Shown: in pieces, positions 28,570 to 37,547 of the stretch
Numbering within the stretch: the stretch's first letter is position 1
Layout: each line of letters starts with the position of its first letter
Assembly: GCA_039803205.1 (NCBI GenBank)
Contig: JBDRYB010000004.1
Location: 1 to 64,000, forward strand
DNA from: a candidate division WOR-3 bacterium
GTDB lineage: Bacteria > Hydrothermota > Hydrothermia > JBDRYB01
Direction: 5' to 3'
Length of the DNA stretch: 64,000 nt
The notes under the pieces: model-generated
What the model saw: only the letters and a program-made list of their open reading frames with translations
What the model was told of the DNA's origin: nothing
The model's database searches: none
Made by a program: the position numbers and the translations under genes

Positions 28570-30654
28570 TCACCCCACCCAGATCCCTTCTGTCCTCGCT
28601 CGCCTTTTTAGCGCTGAGGCTATCCGGGGATCCGAAAGCGGATCGCCCTCCCTGAGCAATCGGAGGGCATCCTCTCTCGCGGCCCTGATTATCTTTATGT
28701 CCCTCATCAGATCCGCTATCCTGAACTCAGGGATGCCGTGCTGGCGTGTTCCCATGAGCTCGCCTGGGCCCCTTAGCCTCAGATCCTCCTCGGCTATCCT
28801 GAACCCATCATCAGTCTCGCACATTATCCTCATTCGGGCCTCCGCGTCCTCGGAGAGGTGAGAGGGGGTGAGAAGTATGCAATAGGCCGTTTCCTGGCTC
28901 CGGTTTATCCTCCCTCGGAGCTGATGAAGTTGAGCGAGCCCGAACCTCTCCGCGTGTTCAATCACCATTCTCGTGGCTTGGGGCACATCAACCCCGACCT
29001 CTATGACCGTTGTTGAGACCAATATGTGCAGATTCCCGCGCCTGAAATCCTCCATCATCCTTCTGCGTTCCTCAGCCGGAACCCTTCCGTGCATGAGGCC
29101 GAACCTCACACCAACAGGGGCCATTGCTCTGAGCTCCTCGTAGAGCTCCTCTGCCGCGGCGATCTCAAGCTTATCGCTCTTTTCAATTAGGGGAGCAACA
29201 ACATATGCTTGCCTCCCCGCCAAAGCCTCCCCGAATAGCCACCTGTAGACCTCCTTTCTCTGGCCGTGTCTAACCCACTTCGTCTTGACCGGGCCCCGGC
29301 CAGGCGGTTTTTCGTCCATCACGGAGACATCAAGGTTGCCATACAGGGTTAGGGCAAGGGTCCTCGGAATAGGGGTGGCTGTCATTACGAGGAAATGCGG
29401 GAATGCCCCTGACGCCCTCCCCTTCTCCAGGAGCATGGCCCTCTGCGCGACCCCAAACCTGTGCTGCTCGTCAACTATGGCCAACACGAGACGCCTAAAC
29501 CTCACATCCTCCGTGATTATAGCGTGCGTTCCAACAACAACATCAGCCAAGCCTTTCTCCACCATGGCCAGGTTCTCTTCCCTCTTTTTCTTTGAAAGGC
29601 TCGATTCAAGTAGAACCACCCTTATCCCAAGGGGCTCCAGGTAATTCGCGAAAACCGAGTATGTTTGCTCAGCGAGGATCTCAGTTGGGGACATGACCGC
29701 GGCTTGGCCTCCGGATTCAACAGCCCTTACCACGGCATATGCCGCTACGGCCGTCTTTCCGGAGCCAACATCCCCCTGAAGCAACCTGTGCATGGGGGAG
29801 CCTGATGTGATGTCTCGCTCTATGTCCGATATGGCCCTTTCCTGCGCTCGCGTGAGCGTGAAACCGAGGCTCATCCTGAACCTTTCCGAGAGCTCCCCTG
29901 GAGGCGCAAAGGCAAATCCGCGCTCCTTTTCAACCGAGGCCTTTCCGAGGAATCTCAGGAAGAACAGGAGCATCTCTTCGTAGGCCAAAGTCTGCCTAGC
30001 GGCCTCAGCCCTCTCAAGGTCATCGGGAAAGTGAACCTGGGAGAGCGCCTCTCTCCTTGGCATGAGACGCCTTCTGGTTCTCAGCTCCTCCGGGATCACA
30101 TCAGAAATATCATCCCGGAGCTTGAGGAGCGCGTTCTGAATAGCGGCCCTCAGGTGCCTTGCCTGAAGCCCCTCTGTAAGAGGATATATGGGCAAAATCC
30201 TCCCAGCCACTAGGGAACGCTCAACCCCCGCTGGCCCCGAGAACGCCTCGTATTCTGGATGATATATGGTCTTTACCCTTGCCCTTCCCACATAGATCTT
30301 ACCCCAGAAGAGGAGGCTCATCCCCTGCCTTATGTTGTTGACCATGTATGGAGCGTTTCTCCAGACAAGCTCCATCACCCCTGTTCCGTCGGAGACAACG
30401 GCAACAGCGTCGCGGGACGAGCCTCGGTATCTCAACCCAGAGGTCTCTACCCTGGCCAGGAAAACCCCTTCCTCTCCTGGCCTCGCGGAGGCTATTCTCC
30501 GGAGCGTTCTCCTGTCAACATAACGGGCCGGTATGTGGAGGAGGAGGTCCTCTACAGAAAGTATGCCCATCCTCGCGAGAAGGTTAGCCCTCTTCGGGCC
30601 AACGCCCTTCACGAAACCCACATCCTCCCCGAGGGGGTCTTTTTTGTCCTTCAA
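28570..30654 (-). CDS. recG: ATP-dependent DNA helicase RecG
   Basis: LQGDVGSGKT, DEQHRFG, TATPIPRT, QLRGR, DLRLRGPGE. Confidence 0.97.
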   Translation of the reverse strand: MKDKKDPLGEDVGFVKGVGPKRANLLARMGILSVEDLLLHIPARYVDRRTLRRIASARPGEEGVFLARVETSGLRYRGSSRDAVAVVSDGTGVMELVWRNAPYMVNNIRQGMSLLFWGKIYVGRARVKTIYHPEYEAFSGPAGVERSLVAGRILPIYPLTEGLQARHLRAAIQNALLKLRDDISDVIPEELRTRRRLMPRREALSQVHFPDDLERAEAARQTLAYEEMLLFFLRFLGKASVEKERGFAFAPPGELSERFRMSLGFTLTRAQERAISDIERDITSGSPMHRLLQGDVGSGKTAVAAYAVVRAVESGGQAAVMSPTEILAEQTYSVFANYLEPLGIRVVLLESSLSKKKREENLAMVEKGLADVVVGTHAIITEDVRFRRLVLAIVDEQHRFGVAQRAMLLEKGRASGAFPHFLVMTATPIPRTLALTLYGNLDVSVMDEKPPGRGPVKTKWVRHGQRKEVYRWLFGEALAGRQAYVVAPLIEKSDKLEIAAAEELYEELRAMAPVGVRFGLMHGRVPAEERRRMMEDFRRGNLHILVSTTVIEVGVDVPQATRMVIEHAERFGLAQLHQLRGRINRSQETAYCILLTPSHLSEDAEARMRIMCETDDGFRIAEEDLRLRGPGELMGTRQHGIPEFRIADLMRDIKIIRAAREDALRLLREGDPLSDPRIASALKRRARTEGIWVG

Positions 30655-30933
30655 TACCTTAAAGTTTATCGCTTTCGGGCGTTTGGGCGCAAACTCCTAG
30701 GGGGCTTTTGAACGCGGCGAGCGGGTCTGTCCTTCTCGTTGGATCCGTCCGCAAAGGCCTATTTTACGGAAAGTTCTTGAAGCGGTTTGCTGTGCGTTCA
30801 AGGAAATAAAGGGCAATCTACTAGTGAACCTGGAGGGGCTTGAGATCTATCTCGTGGTGAGAGATACCCAGAGGCCGGGGAACCAATAGCGCAGTATTGA
30901 TCGCCCCTCTGTTCCTTGGTTATAATATCCGCT

Positions 30934-32415
30934 ATGCTTCTTTTTGTTGTTCTTTCCTGGACGGTTGAAACTTGGACCCAGTATGGGGGAGACAACTGGC
31001 ATTCCCATCACCAAGCCCTCAGAGGCGCTATGACGGCGGAGCCAATCGTCAAGTGGAGCTGTGTCGCGGATCACATGGTTGAGTCATACGGCCCCGGAAT
31101 CGCTGATTTGGATGGTGATGGCCATGCTGAGGTGATCTTCGGTTCCTGTGCCGGAACCATCTATTGCCTTGATGGCGCTAGCGGTTCTCTGCTCTGGAGC
31201 TACAAGACCGGCTCCGATGCCATTACAGCCGCTTTGGCTATGGATTTTGATGGGAACGGAGAATCCGAGGTTGTCATGGGCAGTTTTGACGGGGGGGCGT
31301 ATTGTTTTTCGGCATCAGGAGCGGTCAAATGGAGGTTTGAAACCTACGGGCAGATATGGTCTTCCCCGGCTGCCCTTGATGTTTCCGGGGATGGAAACCC
31401 TGAGGTCTTCGTTGGTTCCCGCTCAGACACCCTCTATTGCGTTGACGGTCCAACAGGCACGAGGAGGTGGGCATCGCCCGTTGGGGCTGACATAGGGCCC
31501 TCAGCGCCAGCAATTGGGGATGTCAACCTTGATGGCATCCCTGAGGTTCTCCTTGGCTGTGAGGATGGCAAGCTCTATTGCTTTGATGCTTTTAACGGCT
31601 CGCTTACCTGGAGCTACCAGACAGGCGGCGGCATATGGTCATCCCCGTGCATCCTCGTTCACGATGGAGCCAAGAGGATCCTTTTCGGTTCAAACGATGG
31701 GTATTTTTACTGCCTGAGCGGCTACGGTTCCCTGATCTGGAGGTATCATCTTGGAGGATACACGAACTCCTCACCTTCTTACGCTGATCTTGATGGGGAT
31801 GGTTCTGTTGAGGTTCTAATAGGCAATTCTGATGGTTTTTTGTTTTGCTTTGGTGTGGACGGCTCGTTGAAATGGAGATTTCCGATAAACTGCGATGTGC
31901 ACCGGGGCCCAGCAATAGCGGATCTTGATGGGGATGGGTTTCTGGAGGTTCTTTCCTCAGCCCACCACCACGATACCCTGAACTGCATCAGGCACGATGG
32001 GAATTTGGCGTGGAGGAAGGTTATGGGCTATGATGTCCACGACATAACAATTGGGGATGTTGACGGCGACGCCTGCGCTGAGATAGTCTTCGGCACTCAA
32101 TCCCCGACAACGCTCTGGGTCCTTGACGATCCAGCTGGAACCGAGGGTTGTGGAGCCGAGGCCCCTGAGAACCCAGGGGCCACGGATATTCCCTCCATAA
32201 TGGGTTTTCCAGGAGGCTTTAGGGTTTTGGTCCCCTATGGTTCTTTTCTGGAGGTGAGGCTTTACGACCCGACCGGAAGGCTTAATTCCCTTGTTTTTTC
32301 GGGGTATCTTGAGCAAGGCACCCACGAGTTCAGGCCAAAGGTGGCGAAGGGTGTATGGCTTCCAGTTATTAGGGGAGAGGGGTTCTGCATATCCGGAAGG
32401 TTTATCGTGAGATGA
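30934..32415 (+). CDS. PQQ-like/FG-GAP beta-propeller protein with T9SS-type CTD
   Basis: Repeated SSP..DLDGDG..E...G..DG.LYC...G.L.W units; LYDPTGR CTD; ATG 30934. Confidence 0.85.
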   Translation: MLLFVVLSWTVETWTQYGGDNWHSHHQALRGAMTAEPIVKWSCVADHMVESYGPGIADLDGDGHAEVIFGSCAGTIYCLDGASGSLLWSYKTGSDAITAALAMDFDGNGESEVVMGSFDGGAYCFSASGAVKWRFETYGQIWSSPAALDVSGDGNPEVFVGSRSDTLYCVDGPTGTRRWASPVGADIGPSAPAIGDVNLDGIPEVLLGCEDGKLYCFDAFNGSLTWSYQTGGGIWSSPCILVHDGAKRILFGSNDGYFYCLSGYGSLIWRYHLGGYTNSSPSYADLDGDGSVEVLIGNSDGFLFCFGVDGSLKWRFPINCDVHRGPAIADLDGDGFLEVLSSAHHHDTLNCIRHDGNLAWRKVMGYDVHDITIGDVDGDACAEIVFGTQSPTTLWVLDDPAGTEGCGAEAPENPGATDIPSIMGFPGGFRVLVPYGSFLEVRLYDPTGRLNSLVFSGYLEQGTHEFRPKVAKGVWLPVIRGEGFCISGRFIVR

Positions 32416-34268
32416 AGATATTGCTTCTTCTGATGGTCTCCGATGTATCGGTCGTTAGGTTCAACAAGGGCTTTGCGGCCTGTGAGGCATACTTTCCGTT
32501 TGAATACGAGGGCGAACCCATAACCTGGAGGCTCGGGCTTGGTCTCGTTGCGACCGAAAACGGTTTGCGGATAAGGGGTCAGGACACTGACCTAGATGAT
32601 AATGGCTGGCCCGATGTGACGGTTTCCTGCGGAGAATGGGTGGTTGACAGCGTGTTCAGGGTCTTCCTTAACAACGAGGGGAACTTTGATCTGCACGGGG
32701 TTCAATACGCTTGGGGAGACAAGGTCTTTCTTGATGGCCACAGCATCTCTGACTTCAACGCAAACGGCCTGCCTGACCTCCTCATAGACATAATGGGAAA
32801 CTTTGAATATCCAGATAACGCGCAGGTCTATTCTCTCTTGCTCTGGGATTGGCCGTGGAGCTTTGGCAGGATTGACAGCTTGGCATCATGGTGCACGGAG
32901 GCCTCGGTTAGCGCTGACCTGAACGGGGATGGCTACGAGGACTTAATCATGGCTGTTTTCAGGGATTCCATAAGTGGCCTAAATACCACGAGGAGCGCCA
33001 TATACTGGGGAGGGCCACGGGGCTTTTCGGACAAGAACAAGACACTCCTCTCAACCCTCGGGTGTCACGGCACAACAATAGCCGATCTGAACAGGGATGG
33101 ATACCTTGATCTTGTTTTCGCCAATACCTACGCCTCCTGGGGGCCTGACAGCGTTGATTCCTACATATATTGGGGAGGGCCTGACGGATACTCTGAGGCA
33201 AAAAGAACCCCTCTTGACACATACGGCGCTTATGGGGTAACCGTTGGGGACATAAACAGGGATGGGTGGCTTGACCTGGTATTTCCGCAGAGGGAGACCG
33301 AGAAATCCGCTATATTCTATGGTTCTCCAGCGGGTTTCTCCTATTACCCGAGCATGAGGCTCTACTCAAAAGGAGCGACGGCCGCCTGGCTTGAGGACCT
33401 GAACACCGATGGCTGGCTCGATCTCATCCTCGCTAGAAAGATAACCAATCAACACCCTGAGACCATAATATATTGGAACAGGGATGGGTTTTTCAGTAAC
33501 GAGGACACGACATGCCTCCCTGCTCCGGGCGGATACGGGCTTTTCTGCGAGGACTACAACCGGGACGGCTGGCCCGATATACTGATAATAAGCAAGGAGA
33601 ACTCATCCTCGGATTACAACACCTACTCCCTCATTTATTACAACCAGGGCAGACCCCCCTATTTCTCCAGAAGCTCAAGGGTTGATACCCTACCCGTTTT
33701 CGCGGCCGGGCGCGGGAGAACCATGGATTTCCCCGGAAATGTATATGACAGGAAACCAAGGCACACGATTATAGTTGACGCGCCAAGCTCCAAGCTCGGA
33801 ACCACCATTGACAGCATCATGGTCTTCGGGGAAACGCTTGGAGCAACAATAAAAGCGCGCTATCAGTGCGTTGATCCAACCGGGACCAAGATCTGGTTGC
33901 CACCCGGTGCGGGTTATCCCAGCCTTGGGCTCCGCGTCGCCCTTGAGATATGGTTTGACCCGAGATACGCTTCCGTATTCCGCCTTGATTCTGTCTACCT
34001 CTTCTGGCACGAGTGCCTAGAGCCATCCGTGATTCCAAAGGGGTTGCTCTGGACATCCCTCAGGGGGGATACCTTGTATTTCTACAGCCCAACGGATAAT
34101 TCAAGGGTTGATGTCTATAACATCCTCGGCCAGAAAGTCGGGAGCATGGACGCGGAAGCACCTGGAGGGTTTGCCCTCTCTGTCCCTGGGACCTCTGGGA
34201 TATACATAGCAAGGCTGGTTTCCGGAGGAAAGGAACTCAGGAGGCTGGTCTGGCGAAAGGTCAGATAG
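32412..34268 (+). CDS. FG-GAP/VCBS repeat protein with T9SS-type CTD
   Basis: DLNxDGYxDL...IYWG repeats; VYNILGQ...SGIYIAR CTD. Confidence 0.85.
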   Translation: MKILLLLMVSDVSVVRFNKGFAACEAYFPFEYEGEPITWRLGLGLVATENGLRIRGQDTDLDDNGWPDVTVSCGEWVVDSVFRVFLNNEGNFDLHGVQYAWGDKVFLDGHSISDFNANGLPDLLIDIMGNFEYPDNAQVYSLLLWDWPWSFGRIDSLASWCTEASVSADLNGDGYEDLIMAVFRDSISGLNTTRSAIYWGGPRGFSDKNKTLLSTLGCHGTTIADLNRDGYLDLVFANTYASWGPDSVDSYIYWGGPDGYSEAKRTPLDTYGAYGVTVGDINRDGWLDLVFPQRETEKSAIFYGSPAGFSYYPSMRLYSKGATAAWLEDLNTDGWLDLILARKITNQHPETIIYWNRDGFFSNEDTTCLPAPGGYGLFCEDYNRDGWPDILIISKENSSSDYNTYSLIYYNQGRPPYFSRSSRVDTLPVFAAGRGRTMDFPGNVYDRKPRHTIIVDAPSSKLGTTIDSIMVFGETLGATIKARYQCVDPTGTKIWLPPGAGYPSLGLRVALEIWFDPRYASVFRLDSVYLFWHECLEPSVIPKGLLWTSLRGDTLYFYSPTDNSRVDVYNILGQKVGSMDAEAPGGFALSVPGTSGIYIARLVSGGKELRRLVWRKVR

Positions 34269-34344
34269 CTTCTCTCGGATAAGGAACGGAATCCCCACGG
34301 GAGATAAAGGGCGTGAAGGGTGAACTTTGGTTTATAATTTGGGC

Positions 34345-35499
34345 TTGAGCGTTGACAGATCCGCTGTTGGAGAAAGAGGCCTGCGCGTTTTGCAGGTCGC
34401 GGATGTCTATTATCCTCATCCCGGCGGCATACCTGAGCACATAAAGCACTTAGCCGAGGGGCTTTCTGCCAGGGGCCACCATGTTGAGATTCTGAGCGCC
34501 CGTTTTCCGAAAAAGAATTTTCCGGATTGGGAGGACCCCCCCAATATCATCCGCGTCGGCAGGAGCGTGAGGATACCCGCCAACAAGTCCATGAGCTCCA
34601 TCACGGTCTCTGCCAGGCTCTCAAAGAAGGTCAAGGAGATAATCCTTCGGGGCCGATATGACATAGTTCACACCCACGGACCTATTGCCCCTGTTCTGCC
34701 CCTTTTGGCAGTAAAGCACGCGAACTGCAAGGTTGTCTCAACATTCCACGCGGCCCACGGCGATTCGCTTGGCTATGAGATATTCGGGGGATACCTGAGA
34801 AAGTGGCACGATAGGATAGACGGCAGGATAGCGGTTTCCCCTGTTGCAAGGGACAGCGTCGCGAGGTATTTCCCCGGGGAATTCAGGATAATCCCGAACG
34901 GGGTTGATGTGAAGAGGTTCAATCCGGACAACCCTCCCCTCCCACACCTTTCCGGCGCGAGGAACATCCTCTTCGTCGGCAGGCTTGAACCGAGAAAGGG
35001 CGCGAAGTTCCTCTTCCAGGCCTTGCCCTTTGTCCTAAGGAAGGTTCCGGACGCGAGGCTCGTTGTAGTCGGAACAGGGATGACCAGGTGGTATAAGAGG
35101 TTCATAGACCCCTCGGTCAAGCACAGGGTCCTCTTTGAGGGGTTCGTGAACCCGGACATCCTCCCCAGGTATTACACCTCCTCAGAGGTCTTCTGCTCAC
35201 CCGCGACCGGGGGCGAGAGCTTCGGCATAGTGCTTCTTGAGGCCATGGCATCCGGTGTTCCCATTGTGGCCTCGGACATACCCGGTTACAGGTGCGTTAT
35301 GGAGCACGGGGCCGAGGGATATTTCGCGGAACCGGAGGATCCACAAAGCATAGCGGAGGCGCTTATAAGGGTTCTCCTTGACCCGAACGCTCGGGAGATG
35401 GGGAAACGGGGCCGCGAAAAGGCAACAAGCCTTTATTCCTGGGAGAGGGTGGTGGGAATGGTTGAGGATTTCTACAGAGAGGTAATGGCCAGGCCTTGA
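34345..35499 (+). CDS. GT4 glycosyltransferase, PimA-like mannosyltransferase
   Basis: PGG, STFH, IIPNGVD, GRLEPRKG, GGESFGIVLLEAMA; TTG start. Confidence 0.85.
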   Translation: MSVDRSAVGERGLRVLQVADVYYPHPGGIPEHIKHLAEGLSARGHHVEILSARFPKKNFPDWEDPPNIIRVGRSVRIPANKSMSSITVSARLSKKVKEIILRGRYDIVHTHGPIAPVLPLLAVKHANCKVVSTFHAAHGDSLGYEIFGGYLRKWHDRIDGRIAVSPVARDSVARYFPGEFRIIPNGVDVKRFNPDNPPLPHLSGARNILFVGRLEPRKGAKFLFQALPFVLRKVPDARLVVVGTGMTRWYKRFIDPSVKHRVLFEGFVNPDILPRYYTSSEVFCSPATGGESFGIVLLEAMASGVPIVASDIPGYRCVMEHGAEGYFAEPEDPQSIAEALIRVLLDPNAREMGKRGREKATSLYSWERVVGMVEDFYREVMARP

Positions 35500-36803
35500 A
35501 AACCAAAACCCCTTCCTTCACGGGCGTCCTGAGATACAGGAACTTCACCATATTTTCCGTGGCGCAGATGATCTCCCAGTTCGGGGACAGGCTCAACAAC
35601 ATGGCGCTCCTTGGGCTCATTGGAGCCAAGGCCGCTGGCTCGCCCTTTGCCTTCTCCCAGATAGCGATATTCGCGAGCCTTCCTGTCCTCATATTCGGGC
35701 CCATGTCCGGCGTGCTCGCGGACAGGCTGAACAGGAAGTGGGTCCTGGTTGGGGTTGACGCGGCTCGGACCCTCATCGTCTTCCTGATACCGACCCTGGT
35801 ATATCTCACAGGAAACCTCATTCTGGTCAACCTCGCTGTCTTCTCAATATTCCTCCTCGGCCTCCTCTTTAACTCCGCGAAGATGAGCGTCCTGCCCCAC
35901 TTGGTAAGCGGAAAAGAGGAATATCTTATGGCGAACGCTGTGGCGAACTTCATAGGCCGCTTCGCAACATTTCTCGGGCTTCTTCTCGGTGGGTTCATCG
36001 TTGACCTCTACATCTGGCACGAGTTGGGTTGGGATGGTTGGCGCGCGGGTTTCTACATAGATGCTCTCACATACCTGGTCTCAGCCGCTTTCCTCTCCTC
36101 CATGAGCTTGCCCAGGATAGCCGTAAAACCGAGGGAAAAAACAAAAGGGGTTAAGAAGGGGAACAGCATATCGGTGATGTTCAGGGGAAGCTGGGATGAC
36201 ATAAGGTCAACCCTCTCGCTGATCAAGCGAAGAAGGCTGATCAGGCTCGTCTACGCTGGCGTCGCTCTCTCTGTTTTCTACATGGGCGCCGCATACTCCC
36301 TGGACATCATGATCGCCCAGCAGGTCTTCGGGTTCAGGACAAAGGGAACAGGGGTTCTCGGCGGGATACTCGGAATAGGGCTCATTATCGGTTCCCTTTT
36401 CGTTGGAAAATGGGGAAAGAGGTGGGGGGAGATGAGACTGATGTTCATAGGCCTTTTCGCGCTCGCTGTTCTCATGGGGCTCTCAGCTTTCACTTCGGAT
36501 TTCGTGCTCTTCTGCCTCCTGACCCTATTGGCAGGCTTTCTCATGTCCGTTGTCTTCGTTGTCCAGGATACCCTGTTTCACAGGATGGTTCCCCCGAGCC
36601 ACCGCGGAAGGATATTCGCGGTAAAGGAGCTCCTCTGGGCTGGCGGATTCATGGTCTCGGCAGTCTTCCTCGGAGCAGTGGGTGAGTTCATGAAGCTCTT
36701 CGTCAGCTACCACGCGGCTCTTCAATCCCTTTTGGTCTCCTGCGCGCTCGCGATAATCGCCTCGCTCGTCGCATCGCTTTTCTGGATCAGGAAAAGGGCA
36801 TAG
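35496..36803 (+). CDS. MFS transporter
   Basis: SQFGD, GVLADRLNRK motif A, about 12 TM. Confidence 0.88.
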   Translation: MKTKTPSFTGVLRYRNFTIFSVAQMISQFGDRLNNMALLGLIGAKAAGSPFAFSQIAIFASLPVLIFGPMSGVLADRLNRKWVLVGVDAARTLIVFLIPTLVYLTGNLILVNLAVFSIFLLGLLFNSAKMSVLPHLVSGKEEYLMANAVANFIGRFATFLGLLLGGFIVDLYIWHELGWDGWRAGFYIDALTYLVSAAFLSSMSLPRIAVKPREKTKGVKKGNSISVMFRGSWDDIRSTLSLIKRRRLIRLVYAGVALSVFYMGAAYSLDIMIAQQVFGFRTKGTGVLGGILGIGLIIGSLFVGKWGKRWGEMRLMFIGLFALAVLMGLSAFTSDFVLFCLLTLLAGFLMSVVFVVQDTLFHRMVPPSHRGRIFAVKELLWAGGFMVSAVFLGAVGEFMKLFVSYHAALQSLLVSCALAIIASLVASLFWIRKRA

Positions 36804-36904
36804 CGGCTCGTGAGCGGGCAAAATGCCCTTGAGTTTCAGAACCGGGTCGGGATTCCCTGAACGCGATCGTCAAATAGCGCATTACAAAGCCAAAATTTCA
36901 CCAC

Positions 36905-36936
36905 TTGACACACACACACACACAACAGAGCATAAT
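36905..36936 (+). promoter_or_regulatory. Promoter TTGACA-20-CATAAT with (CA)8 tract in spacer
   Basis: Perfect -35 at 36905-36910, -10 at 36931-36936, 5' hairpin 36945-36961, AAGGAGG SD. Confidence 0.75.
36909..36924 (+). repeat. (CA)8 simple sequence repeat
   Basis: Directly visible; no comparable tract noticed elsewhere in the window. Confidence 0.95.
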
Positions 36937-36970
36937 TTGGGGCCGCGGGCCCGTGGCCCGCAAGGAGGTT

Positions 36971-37489
36971 ATGATGAAGGGCTTCATAAAAACACTGGTG
37001 GCCGCGAGCATGACGCTCGCTATGGGATGCTCAAGGGACTGGATGGATTGGCCCTTGAGCCCGACTGAGGACGGAAAGGTGGTCATAGAAGGCGGAGGCG
37101 GAGAGGAGCCGGATTGGCAAGAGGCTTTCCCGGCAACAGTATATGGGACGATCCACTGGTGGCGGACGGATATAATGGGTAGCAATGGCTACATATATGT
37201 GTATGATGCGAACAGAAACTGCATATGCTCTCGTTACTGGGGATTTGTTATCCATGACCCCCAGCCCTTTGATGTATGCGGATGTGACCTCAGAACAGAT
37301 CGTCCGCTTCCCTGGTATGTGTGCGGAGAGGCATATGACGGCAACCTAGACATGTATTGGCACGACGAGGACACCATAACAGATCTCTCCGGTCGGTATA
37401 ACTGTCCAGGATTCAGGAAGAAGGCCCCTTCCACCGGAATAGATCTTTACCTTGGAGACCCTGGGCCGTGTCCGGAGTGTGAACAGTGA
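36971..37489 (+). CDS. Cys-rich lipoprotein of unknown function
   Basis: MMKGFIKTLVAASMTLAMGC lipobox; CIC, CGC, CPEC. Confidence 0.75.
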   Translation: MMKGFIKTLVAASMTLAMGCSRDWMDWPLSPTEDGKVVIEGGGGEEPDWQEAFPATVYGTIHWWRTDIMGSNGYIYVYDANRNCICSRYWGFVIHDPQPFDVCGCDLRTDRPLPWYVCGEAYDGNLDMYWHDEDTITDLSGRYNCPGFRKKAPSTGIDLYLGDPGPCPECEQ

Positions 37490-37493
37490 ATCC

Positions 37494-37535
37494 AAACCCC
37501 CTGGCGCAGGTTGAATCCCACGAGCCAGGGGGTTT
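37494..37535 (+). terminator. 12-bp inverted repeat, terminator-like, overlapping next promoter
   Basis: AAACCCCCTGGC...GCCAGGGGGTTT; loop holds TTGAAT, followed 18 nt later by TATTAT. Confidence 0.5.
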
Positions 37536-37547
37536 ATTATGTATGTC

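Noticed and set aside
31786..31937. Direct DNA repeat GATCTTGATGGGGATGG
   Set aside because: Encodes DLDGDG FG-GAP loops; not CRISPR or a DGR template.
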